From assembly GCA_964543385.1 (NCBI GenBank), contig CAZIYE010000001.1, positions 480,001 through 512,000 on the forward strand: a stretch of 32,000 nucleotides of DNA. Direction: 5' to 3'. Shown in pieces: positions 23,011 to 31,941 of the stretch; position 1 is the stretch's first letter, and each line of letters opens with the position of its first letter. Both the position numbers and the translations under genes were made by a program. The notes beneath the pieces were generated by a model. That model was not told the DNA's origin. It saw only the letters and a program-made list of their open reading frames with translations, and ran no database searches. Source of the DNA: an uncultured Candidatus Saccharibacteria bacterium. GTDB taxonomy: Bacteria; Patescibacteriota; UBA1384; XYA2-FULL-43-10; 1-14-0-10-43-13.

Positions 23011-24864
23011 TTATTGTCCTAATAATTGCTTTGGATCAGTGGTAATTATCTGATCTTCTGTATATGAAGCAACAGCCTTGAATGCAACATGATTTAATCC
23101 CGCAAAGAACAGTCCTTCCCCGACGTCGGACTCAAGAAGAAGGTATTTCTCTCCTTCGGTTAAATTAAAAGTTTCAGCTACGATATCTATTGATGCCGTT
23201 GATTGTTTCATAAGTATTTGCATTGATGAGTTGGCCACTACTGCTTTACCAAACCTACTGCCCAAGAAATCCTCAACATCTTGGCTTATTATTGTAAGGC
23301 CAAGATAATATTTTCTGGCTCTTTTTGCCAATCCATGAAGAAATTTTGCAGAATCCTCATATTGCATCATCCACCATGCTTCATCTACTATCATCAAGCG
23401 CTGCTTCATATTCATGCGGACTTTGGTCCAAATATAATCAAGAACGGTGTAGATTGCTATTGGTCTCAGCTGTTCTTCGAGATCCCTAACGGAGAAGACC
23501 ACAAAGCCGGGGTTTAATTCGAAATTCGTTGGCTGATTGTATAGATTTGCAAATGAACCCTCTACATATTTTGATAATCTTGCTCGAAGTGACCCAGTTC
23601 CTTCTAGATTAGATAAAATATTATAGAAATCTTGAAGGAGGGGAGGTTCATTTTTCTGACTTGCTGGATCGACAGTGATGTCTTTTATTGCGTATGTTTC
23701 ATAAAGAGCTTTGTCTATAATAGAATCTTCTTCAGGGCTGAGTCCGCCCGCCATCAAATTAATAAGTCCATGTAGGGAAGAAATATTTGAACGGAGAACA
23801 TCTTCTCCTGCCTCATTTGGATTGAGGGGTAGATCGAAAGGGTTGATTCTTTTGTCGGAGTTTAATGATATTTCCAGATAGCTGCCACCCACTGAATCGC
23901 AAAGAGTCTTATATTCATTCTCCGGGTCTATTACAATGACATCTGTCCCCAGCATCAAATATCGGAGCGCTTCTAGTTTCACAAAGTAAGATTTACCAGA
24001 ACCAGATTTTGCCAATACTATAGAATTAGCATTTTCCAATGAAAATCGGTCAAATATAATTAATGAGTTATTGTGTCGATTTATTCCGTACAATATCCCA
24101 TCATCCTGAGTCAATTCACTTGATGTAAAAGGAAATGTTGAAGATAGAGAAGCGGTATCGAGATTTCTAAGAACACTAATCCTATCAGACATGATCGGCA
24201 GCGTGGCAGTAAAGCCTTGCTCCATTTGGAATATTGATTGTTTTGTATAGATTAGCATTCCGCCAAGGGTTGATTCTACTTGGTCAGTTATCGTTTTTAG
24301 TTCCTCCTCTGATTTTGCGTACAGTGTGAAGTAGAGTCCAAACTGAAAAAGTCGAACCTCTCCTCTTTGAAGGACATCTCTTAATGATTCGACGTCGCCT
24401 AGCGCAGTTTCAAGCTCTGGATCCCTAGGTGAGCCTTTTTCTGCTTGAATTTGCATTGTGGATTCAAGTTTTCCTACCTGAGTTTTGAGCTCAGTCATCA
24501 CATCTTTAGATTCTAATGGGTGGATGTATAGCCCTATGTCCATTGTGATGTCATAGTTTATGATTGGAGATAGCCAGTTTGTTTCTAAAAATCGGGGGTA
24601 AGTAAAGACGAATAATGTTTTAGTAAATTGAGTGCCAACTTGGAGACTGTTTGGGCTCACAATAAATGAGGCTGGTGCAATAATATCTCCAATAGCCACA
24701 GTCCCTTTTCGGAACTGTTCTTGGAGTTTTTTGCTCTGATCCCAAAAACCGTTTTCCTTAAGCTTTTTTGATTCGACTTCCCGTTGCTGTAGGTTGGCCT
24801 GAGCCATTGATCTTGGGTCTGGTGTTTGATTTTGTCCTGCTAAAACAGGGTTATTATTGTCCAT
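23011..24864 (-). CDS. virB4: VirB4/TrbE/PrgJ-family T4SS ATPase (about 617 aa)
   Basis: N-domain pattern TKTLFVFTYPRFLETNWLSPII. Walker A is LAKSGSGKS and Walker B is RLMIVDEAW. The downstream region is ...LGLTIISQDVEDF. I prefer ATG 24864 (MDNNNPV...), which overlaps the upstream stop by 11 nt, over the TTG at 24930 in the ORF track. Confidence 0.88.
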   Translation of the reverse strand: MDNNNPVLAGQNQTPDPRSMAQANLQQREVESKKLKENGFWDQSKKLQEQFRKGTVAIGDIIAPASFIVSPNSLQVGTQFTKTLFVFTYPRFLETNWLSPIINYDITMDIGLYIHPLESKDVMTELKTQVGKLESTMQIQAEKGSPRDPELETALGDVESLRDVLQRGEVRLFQFGLYFTLYAKSEEELKTITDQVESTLGGMLIYTKQSIFQMEQGFTATLPIMSDRISVLRNLDTASLSSTFPFTSSELTQDDGILYGINRHNNSLIIFDRFSLENANSIVLAKSGSGKSYFVKLEALRYLMLGTDVIVIDPENEYKTLCDSVGGSYLEISLNSDKRINPFDLPLNPNEAGEDVLRSNISSLHGLINLMAGGLSPEEDSIIDKALYETYAIKDITVDPASQKNEPPLLQDFYNILSNLEGTGSLRARLSKYVEGSFANLYNQPTNFELNPGFVVFSVRDLEEQLRPIAIYTVLDYIWTKVRMNMKQRLMIVDEAWWMMQYEDSAKFLHGLAKRARKYYLGLTIISQDVEDFLGSRFGKAVVANSSMQILMKQSTASIDIVAETFNLTEGEKYLLLESDVGEGLFFAGLNHVAFKAVASYTEDQIITTDPKQLLGQ

Positions 24865-25825
24865 TATTTTGTATGGTTGTATTAATTGGTTGAGCAGGGG
24901 CTGATTGTATAGGCATATTATTTGTATCAACAGCCGATGGTATCTGTTGGATTTGCTGTATCAATTGGTCAGTTGTATTTGATTGTATAGTATTGTTGCC
25001 AACGACTGGTTGTGTTCCTTGCGGGGTTTGTGCTGTCTTATCGGCTTCTTGGCGTCGTCGTGAGGCGATTTGCCTTTGTTGTTCCTCTACCATGTCAGCG
25101 TTATCAATTGATTCTTGAGAATCAACTTGTTCTACCGGTTGTTGTGTATTCTCAGAAATCTCATTCCTCGCAATTATTACTGGCGCTGACAATGTCTCCG
25201 CATCGCTAACCCTTTCCTTCGCCGACTCATCAGGATTATATATCTGGTAGAAGAGCTCTATTATTTGTTCAGTAGAAAGCTGGAAGCAATGTAAGCCCAT
25301 GCTAGCCAAGCCCGAGGCAACAATACTCGCTCTTTGCCCTAGTTGGTCAGTAGATGATTTGAACTCCGTATCAGTAACTTTGATATGGTCAAACGTTTGT
25401 GTCTTGGCAAACAGACTATCAAAGACATTTAATTTTTTTATATTAATTGGATCGTAGGGGACGACTAGATAAAAGGTCTTTTTCATAATATTGGCTATTG
25501 AGATCAGTTTTGACACAAAATCAACATAATCACCAATTTGCATTTTTATAAGTTCATTGATGCTTTTTTCAGAGGCCCTTTTTATTTTTTCAAGATAGGG
25601 ATTCAAGTCTAATCGTCTCGATCTAATAACAATTTCAACAGGGAAGTGTAGAGAATTAAGAAAACTCTGATATTGAAATATAAGTGAGTTTTGTTCTTGT
25701 TCACTTTTCAATGCAAAATTTACGGCAGATACTTCTAAAATCATGCGGTAACTACCATCTTTCAATATCATTATACCGTCTTTGATACCGGCTATAGGAA
25801 CAGATTGTTGGGTCGATAATGCCAT
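24854..25825 (-). CDS. VirB4 N-terminal-domain-like protein lacking an NTPase domain, with a Q/T/N-rich disordered tail (323 aa)
   Basis: SVPIAGIKDGIMILKDGSYRMILEVSAVNFALKSEQEQNSLIFQYQSFLNSLHFPVEIVIRSRRLDLNPYL resembles the N-terminus of Firmicutes-type VirB4 proteins as I remember them. No Walker motifs are present. The C-terminal roughly 110 aa are Q/T/N-rich and low in complexity. Confidence 0.45.
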   Translation of the reverse strand: MALSTQQSVPIAGIKDGIMILKDGSYRMILEVSAVNFALKSEQEQNSLIFQYQSFLNSLHFPVEIVIRSRRLDLNPYLEKIKRASEKSINELIKMQIGDYVDFVSKLISIANIMKKTFYLVVPYDPINIKKLNVFDSLFAKTQTFDHIKVTDTEFKSSTDQLGQRASIVASGLASMGLHCFQLSTEQIIELFYQIYNPDESAKERVSDAETLSAPVIIARNEISENTQQPVEQVDSQESIDNADMVEEQQRQIASRRRQEADKTAQTPQGTQPVVGNNTIQSNTTDQLIQQIQQIPSAVDTNNMPIQSAPAQPINTTIQNNGQ

Positions 25826-25842
25826 ATATTAACTTTAAATAA

Positions 25843-26265
25843 TTATTTTCTAATTAGCGGGCTGTTGTCACCCGAGTCGGATTTTTTAGCCAGGATGTCT
25901 ATTTGTGATTGACTAATGTTCTTATGTTGGATTTTTTGTTCGTTACTTTTTTCAACATGATAAATTTCTATATTTAAATTACTACCTAGGCTTTGATGCC
26001 AGAACCTTCTCTTTGGTGTAGCGGCATATTCTATGGCAGAAATAAAGAAATCTAAAAATGGTCTCTCATTTACTTTGACGAAATCAAGACAAACAACAAA
26101 AAGTGCTATAGGGGCAATTAAAAAGTATGACGCCGGACGAGGCAAGCTCATATAGATGGCATAGCATGTGCCAAATCCAACTACCGCATAAACAAACTGG
26201 ATCATTGTTAATGGTCCTAAAATGCGATCCTGCATATCTATATTTTGTGGAACTTTAAATTGCAA
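25843..26265 (-). CDS. PrgI/VirB3-like small membrane protein (140 aa)
   Basis: TTG start preceded by a strong GGAGGGG at 5-nt spacing. (M)QFKVPQNIDMQDRILGPLTMIQFVYAVVGFG... followed by two hydrophobic helices matches the PrgI-family pattern. Its position upstream of VirB4 is typical. Confidence 0.6.
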   Translation of the reverse strand: MQFKVPQNIDMQDRILGPLTMIQFVYAVVGFGTCYAIYMSLPRPASYFLIAPIALFVVCLDFVKVNERPFLDFFISAIEYAATPKRRFWHQSLGSNLNIEIYHVEKSNEQKIQHKNISQSQIDILAKKSDSGDNSPLIRK

Positions 26266-26331
26266 TTAACCCCTCCAAAGATATTCTTCAATTCAATTTT
26301 ACCATTAAGATGAAAGACAATCAATCAAAGG

Positions 26332-27150
26332 TTATTCGGGCAATGGGATAATATAATCAGTCTTGTTTTGCATTGCTAAGTCTTCTTCTTCAAACCAATA
26401 AGCCGCAATTTGATCTATTAACTGTCCTTTTGACGGGTTATTTTTCGGATTTATTTTTCTGCACTTCATAACAGCATTACCAGCCGTAACCATTCTCTCA
26501 ACGATTGTCATAAGCATACCGGCAGTCTTCGTTTCGAGCATATCTTTTGGGTGTCCTGCCTTGGTTAGTGCCTCTATTGCCCTTCTCTTGGCATCGTTTG
26601 GTACTAGAATTAAGACTTTAAGATCAGCATGAGTATAGACAAGCTCACTGACCTCTGCTGCTACTTCTTCATATATCATATTCACATATCGACTACAGTA
26701 TGGCAATATTTCCAGAAATTCCTCCCAATACTCAGTCACCCTCATAATCTTTTTTGACTTCTCGAGCAGAATGATCCTTCCAATCGATTTGACGGTTTCT
26801 TCAAAATTATTTTCATCAACCTTAAAATCGATGTTATTTTTCTCACAAGTTTCGTTTAGTTTACCAATCACAATTTTCTTATCAGCTTTCTTAAGGACAT
26901 CAATATTCATTTTTGATGCAAGGTCGATGAATTTTATTCGCTGGTCTCCGATAGTAATATTTAAAACATCACAGTAAGATCCCTCGGCCAGAGAAGCAGA
27001 CATCATAATGGGGAACGATTCCTTTCTTATAAGATCTATATATTCGGCCTTTTTATTGCGCAGAAAAACCAGACTCTCACTAAAAGAACTGGTGTTAACG
27101 GCTGACAGGATAATATCATGTAATATTTTTTTTGCTTCCTCTTCTTGCAT
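26332..27150 (-). CDS. Hypothetical soluble protein (272 aa), no recognisable family
   Basis: A clean ORF with AAGGT upstream of the ATG. It has no TM segments or signal peptide and is embedded between the VirB6-like and PrgI-like genes. Confidence 0.6.
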   Translation of the reverse strand: MQEEEAKKILHDIILSAVNTSSFSESLVFLRNKKAEYIDLIRKESFPIMMSASLAEGSYCDVLNITIGDQRIKFIDLASKMNIDVLKKADKKIVIGKLNETCEKNNIDFKVDENNFEETVKSIGRIILLEKSKKIMRVTEYWEEFLEILPYCSRYVNMIYEEVAAEVSELVYTHADLKVLILVPNDAKRRAIEALTKAGHPKDMLETKTAGMLMTIVERMVTAGNAVMKCRKINPKNNPSKGQLIDQIAAYWFEEEDLAMQNKTDYIIPLPE

Positions 27151-27167
27151 TTTTTACCTTTTGAATA

Positions 27168-29792
27168 CTAAGTTGGCGCACCTGGCAATAATTGTGTTTC
27201 TACGGCATCGTTTAAATGGCGACGATCGGAATTCTTTGGATAAGTTTTATAATAATCCACCATTAGTGTTCTCAGAGTTTCAGTGTCACCATTTGTGACC
27301 GCTGTCTGAAATGCATCCCAAAGTGCTGCAGCGGTCTTCGAGTCTGTACGGTGATCTTTCTTTAGTTCTTCAACAAGCCATTTTTGACCGATAGATAAGA
27401 CATCGGATTCCGGCGCTTGGCTAAGAATTGCCTCGGTGGTCTTGGCGCTATCTGCTTCACTATTCAAGTGGTACCTCATCCCCTCGGCATTAGCATAAAT
27501 TCTACTCTCCTTATTTGAATCTTCAATTACCTCACCATTTCTTAGTCTTGATGTTAGCTCTTCGGTTAAGCCATCTTTTAGATCGGAGCCAAAGAAAATA
27601 CTAACCGTCTCTTCAGCACTTCGCTTGGCATAGTCATTTGCAGCTCGACTATTCGTTTTGGTCATAGCAATACCTTTGTTTCTGGTATATACAACTCTTT
27701 CCATTAGTCTGATATCATCGACTCTGCCATCTTTGTCTAAATGGACCATATCTCTGAGGTGTGAATCGATATAGCCTTTATCGGGATCATCTAATTGTTT
27801 ATTTAATTTATCAATCATCCTTTGCCTATTTGTTGTTGCCTTCTGTACTGCATGCGAAAATCTTTCGCTATCGAGAACTAATTGTTCGCCTTCTTGGAGA
27901 ATATTCTGTGATGCAAGGATATTGGAGACTCTGCGACTGGTTGACATTACATCGAGGACGGCTTTCCTTCGTTTCTCGGTCGCTGTAGCTTCCTCTTTTG
28001 TCATTTGATCTGTCTTTGTAATCTCTGCAAGGGCTCTGGCATGTTGTCTTTTCTCATCTGCCGTCAACTGGTCGAGCGCTTTCTTTCTTGACTGCAGGTA
28101 TTTGATGAGCTCTCTAACTTCTGCCGAGGAAGAATCTGATAATTTCTTGATCTCGTCTAGCATCATAACAGCCAATTGCCTTTCTTGAAGAGCGCTTCTT
28201 TCAAGAGCTGGTTTTACTGAAGCGTCGTTGAGCATTTTTTCCATACCGGCCTTTGACGATTCTTCGGCAGATCTTGCTCTGCGAAACAATTGCTGGAAAA
28301 GTTCTGCTTCTTTTGCGTCAGTACCAAGAAGCGCCAGATTTGATGCTTTTCTTTTGGCAAACTCTTCTTTGCTTTCATGATCCTTTTGACTTCCGCCGCC
28401 ACTTAGCCATAAATATTGACCATTTTGTCTTAAGGCGTTATCCATACTTGTAGCAGCCCCCATCCGACCCGCGGCCATACCAGAGCCGGCTCTCCATTTC
28501 TCGTATTGCTTCCACATCGGATTTTCAGGGTCAGTGATACCTAGTTTTTGCAGTGCTTCAAGTCCATAGGCTTCATATTCGCCGACTTCACCATTACGGT
28601 TTTTTATCCACTCAATTTCCATCGTGCGGCTAAGGCCCTTATCGAGGTTATACCTCCCCTGTATACCCTCGGTAATTCCCTTAGATAATCGCGATACATG
28701 TGCTTCGTCTGCTGCTAATTTGTCCCCACCACTTCCAATCCAATTTTTACCAAGCCATCTGACCCAACCAAACTTGCCCTCTCTTTGCATATTGAGTCCA
28801 AACTTCTTATATCTTTCCCAACCAAGACTGGCTGTGGCTTTAACTCGACGACCCCAATAGTCTTTGGCATTGTTTGCAAGGAATTTAGATCCGGTGTATG
28901 TCCAAAATTTATCCATAACTACGCCACCCATCTTGAATGGTATGGCAATGGCGGCATATAAACAAAGGCCAGCCAATAAGGCACTAACTATAGGTGACGG
29001 CAGCCATGAGGTTGCTACGATAGGATTCTCAACGAATATAGTCCCAAGCCATAGGAAAAAGATTGCTGGCACTGGCATGAATGTCCATTTTAAAAATTCA
29101 CTCCACCATTTACTAAAATATGGTTTTGTTTGAGGAAGAGCCAGTGTCATGAAAGCGACGGAAGAAACTATTGTCAAAAGATATATCATCCATGTTCGAA
29201 CAATAAATATAAAACTGAGTACGAGGGTAAGAGCACTTCCAACAAGCATAAATAATATTTTTACAACAACATCAAAGAACATCGAGTAAGTGAACTTTGC
29301 GAAATCTATAGATTCGCCCATCAATTTATCTCTAAAAGTATATTTATAAGTATCTCCCATGCCAGACGCTTGGCCTAGTAGGTTTGGGTCGGTAAATAAG
29401 GTGATAGACATATTGGCAAAGTCTATTACCAATTTACATATAAGATAACTAAATTGGGCAGCAATGATTGCAAGTAAAAGGGTAGGCAATATCTTTTTAA
29501 AACTGTAAGTGTCAATTTTTAAGTGCAGTATCTCAGCGAAAGCTACTACTACTACTACTAGGATGATAGGTATATTAATAATATTTAGAAATCCAGTATG
29601 TAGATTCTTAATATCATTATTACTTCTTAGTGTTTGTTGTATGGTCTCTGCATGGGCTTCTGAAGGCATCAAAATAATCACCATTAGAATTGTCAATAGA
29701 ATAGAGAAGGTGATGTATCTATTTAATTTTAATTTATTGTTAATTAGGTGCATATTTAAATTCACATTTTGTTTCTTTAGCACCAATAGCAT
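27168..29792 (-). CDS. VirB6/TrbL-like polytopic membrane protein with a C-terminal helical extension of about 560 aa (861-874 aa)
   Basis: Signal-peptide-like N-terminus (...ILMPSEAHA/ETIQ). An alternative ATG at 29753 gives a more conventional leader. About six TM helices lie in the first 300 aa or so. A long, charged, helix-rich tail follows (EKRQHARALAEITKTDQMTKEEATATEKRRK...). The VirB6 call rests on topology and context only. Confidence 0.5.
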   Translation of the reverse strand: MLLVLKKQNVNLNMHLINNKLKLNRYITFSILLTILMVIILMPSEAHAETIQQTLRSNNDIKNLHTGFLNIINIPIILVVVVVAFAEILHLKIDTYSFKKILPTLLLAIIAAQFSYLICKLVIDFANMSITLFTDPNLLGQASGMGDTYKYTFRDKLMGESIDFAKFTYSMFFDVVVKILFMLVGSALTLVLSFIFIVRTWMIYLLTIVSSVAFMTLALPQTKPYFSKWWSEFLKWTFMPVPAIFFLWLGTIFVENPIVATSWLPSPIVSALLAGLCLYAAIAIPFKMGGVVMDKFWTYTGSKFLANNAKDYWGRRVKATASLGWERYKKFGLNMQREGKFGWVRWLGKNWIGSGGDKLAADEAHVSRLSKGITEGIQGRYNLDKGLSRTMEIEWIKNRNGEVGEYEAYGLEALQKLGITDPENPMWKQYEKWRAGSGMAAGRMGAATSMDNALRQNGQYLWLSGGGSQKDHESKEEFAKRKASNLALLGTDAKEAELFQQLFRRARSAEESSKAGMEKMLNDASVKPALERSALQERQLAVMMLDEIKKLSDSSSAEVRELIKYLQSRKKALDQLTADEKRQHARALAEITKTDQMTKEEATATEKRRKAVLDVMSTSRRVSNILASQNILQEGEQLVLDSERFSHAVQKATTNRQRMIDKLNKQLDDPDKGYIDSHLRDMVHLDKDGRVDDIRLMERVVYTRNKGIAMTKTNSRAANDYAKRSAEETVSIFFGSDLKDGLTEELTSRLRNGEVIEDSNKESRIYANAEGMRYHLNSEADSAKTTEAILSQAPESDVLSIGQKWLVEELKKDHRTDSKTAAALWDAFQTAVTNGDTETLRTLMVDYYKTYPKNSDRRHLNDAVETQLLPGAPT

Positions 29793-31818
29793 TATTAAAA
29801 AGACAGAAAGAGAACTTCCATATTGAAAATGCTAGATCATGGATAAACTTTAAAATATTACATAGTGCCCAAGCAAAAGGGTCCAGCCCTTTGCCAGTAA
29901 TAGATATTTTTGGACATGTTGAATCAAACCATGGGGATGATTTCAGTATGCCCAAAAATCTTAAAACAGCAATACCGAGTAAACCTGCCCCTACAAGGAC
30001 TTTTTTGATTGCTCCAGGTATCATCCCTATCCATTTTCCGACTATTTCGGCACCCTGAAATAGTCCATACAATGCTTTTCCTATCAACCCCTTGAAGCCT
30101 GGCTTTGCCATCAGATCAACAATTTTAACTCCGAGTGCTGTCCATAAAAGTTTCAATTTGTTTCCAGCTCCCGCAAAAAAGGTAATTTTACTTAGCAATC
30201 TTCCTATTGGACCAAGTGCTAATTTGCCAATCCAGCCGACTCCTTGCAATAATTTTCCTGCGGGTATTAATGAAATAGCCATCCATATCGATGCCTTTAC
30301 GATGTTTCCCGCATTCTTACTCTTTATTGCGTTATAAAGATCAATGCCAGAGATTACAATACCTGCCACATACAAGACCGCAACTGCTGCGGCCAATGGG
30401 GCGATGGCTTGTGCCCTTTGCGGTCTTAGCCCACCTATTACTGCCCCTTCTTCATTTATTCTTAGCTCGTCCATGCTATTAATTTTATCTTCAGGATCTT
30501 TGGATAGTTCATTTGCTACTTCATTTCCCATTTCGGGCCAAAAAGGAAGCTCCTGTAACTCCTCTTTGGTTTGTGGGTCATATGATGCAAGTTTCACTTG
30601 GTATTTATCTATTGCTTTAAGAGCTGACATCATCTCTGGTGCCATCAGTATCTCTTCTGAATATTTTGGCATCTCAAACCCTCTTTGATTGTCAATTTGT
30701 TCATCCATGTAGCTTATCAAGTCTGTCATCATGGTGAGATTAAAAAAAGCTTTTGCCGCTTCTTCTTTATTTTCGATCTTCTGACTATCAAGGTATCGTT
30801 TATATGCGACAACGCTATCAGAAAGTTCGGTAGCATCAGCATCATTAAACTTATTTGGGTATGAAATCTTATTGCTTTGATCAAGAGTAAAATTACCGTT
30901 GGCGGCTGCCTTGGCTAAATGATCCTGAATTTGTTTCCTAGTTTTACAATCATTTTTGCTGTTGCATTCAAGTTTCTTTAGCCAAAAGTCATTAAGACTA
31001 CCATTCTCATTGAGATAATTGTTCCAGAAACCATCCTTTTCAATCCCGTTCCATGTCTTCTCAACCACCTCAATTTCTCTGGTTATTGGCTCTTTGTACA
31101 AAACGAACTTATCATCTTTCTTTTGATAAACCTCTACAATCACTTTGTGTTTGCTTCCAGATTTATCTGCCACAGATTGAGCCAGAAAAGTGTCCCATGT
31201 ATAAATAAAGTTAAGTTGTTTCTTATCCTTATAATTGATAAATGAGTCCTTAAAACTAGTTCGTCCGTTAGATTCTTGTATTGAAATATTAATTTTATCT
31301 ATTGTTTCTTCCGAGCTATCTTTAATCCAGAAAGATACAGATATTGGCGTGGTTGCTCCAAGAGCTACTTTGTCAGCGGTTTGGAGCAAAATTGCAACAT
31401 CCGGCATCTCTGAATCGTCGGGCACATTCGGAACTACCACTTCAGCGTTACCTATATCGCTGTTCTCCGATGAATCATCTGTGGTTGTGGGGGAATCTGA
31501 TGAATCTGTTTCAGTGTTGTCAGTTTCATCGGCGTCCTCATTTACACTATCTTCCGTATCTAGTAGATCTTCTTCGGGAGTTAGCATTAGTTCTTCTTCT
31601 GCATTGGCTTTATTGATGAGATTTGATAGAGAAGCCTTTTTACTGCTGTTTTTAAAATTTTCAACCCCATCTGCCAAATATTTTAGGCGGTTGTTGACTC
31701 TCGCAATTTCCGCATTGAGATTATTTTGCTCTATTTCCTTGACCTGAATCAAGGGTTGAAACAGCAAAAAAACTAAGCTAAAAATTAAAGCCCAAGATAT
31801 TATGCTTCTGAGTTTCAT
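29740..31818 (-). CDS. Hypothetical secreted/membrane protein (692 aa); first gene of the operon
   Basis: GAGAGGG lies upstream of the ATG. The signal peptide is MKLRSIISWALIFSLVFLLF. An acidic D/E/S/T-rich linker follows (EEDLLDTEDSVNEDADETDNTETDSSDS...), then a central globular region, then a Gly/Lys-rich C-terminal region with several hydrophobic helices (AIAPLAAAVAVLYVAGIVISGI..., VLVGAGLLGIAVLRFLGIL). No family recognised. Confidence 0.6.
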   Translation of the reverse strand: MKLRSIISWALIFSLVFLLFQPLIQVKEIEQNNLNAEIARVNNRLKYLADGVENFKNSSKKASLSNLINKANAEEELMLTPEEDLLDTEDSVNEDADETDNTETDSSDSPTTTDDSSENSDIGNAEVVVPNVPDDSEMPDVAILLQTADKVALGATTPISVSFWIKDSSEETIDKINISIQESNGRTSFKDSFINYKDKKQLNFIYTWDTFLAQSVADKSGSKHKVIVEVYQKKDDKFVLYKEPITREIEVVEKTWNGIEKDGFWNNYLNENGSLNDFWLKKLECNSKNDCKTRKQIQDHLAKAAANGNFTLDQSNKISYPNKFNDADATELSDSVVAYKRYLDSQKIENKEEAAKAFFNLTMMTDLISYMDEQIDNQRGFEMPKYSEEILMAPEMMSALKAIDKYQVKLASYDPQTKEELQELPFWPEMGNEVANELSKDPEDKINSMDELRINEEGAVIGGLRPQRAQAIAPLAAAVAVLYVAGIVISGIDLYNAIKSKNAGNIVKASIWMAISLIPAGKLLQGVGWIGKLALGPIGRLLSKITFFAGAGNKLKLLWTALGVKIVDLMAKPGFKGLIGKALYGLFQGAEIVGKWIGMIPGAIKKVLVGAGLLGIAVLRFLGILKSSPWFDSTCPKISITGKGLDPFAWALCNILKFIHDLAFSIWKFSFCLFNNAIGAKETKCEFKYAPN

Positions 31819-31865
31819 TTCCCTCTCTTTGTTATAGTTGGCCCCACCAATTACTGTCTATATAA

Positions 31866-31895
31866 ATTATAAACGATTGAGGGGTAAAAAGTAAA
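31866..31895 (-). promoter_or_regulatory. Putative sigma70-type promoter of the 10-gene operon
   Basis: On the minus strand, TTTACT (31895-31890), an 18-nt spacer, then TATAAT (31871-31866). It lies about 45 nt upstream of the ATG at 31818. Confidence 0.4.
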
Positions 31896-31941
31896 TGAAA
31901 ATTAAATAACAATCTTCAAAATAAAATGACTTAATCTATAC

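Noticed and set aside
29543-29560. Trinucleotide repeat (TAC)5 on the plus strand inside the VirB6-like gene
   Set aside because: It encodes a VVVVV run within a predicted TM helix (IILVVVVVAFAE). In-frame copy-number changes would only add or remove Val residues. It is short and probably just reflects codon choice rather than a contingency locus.
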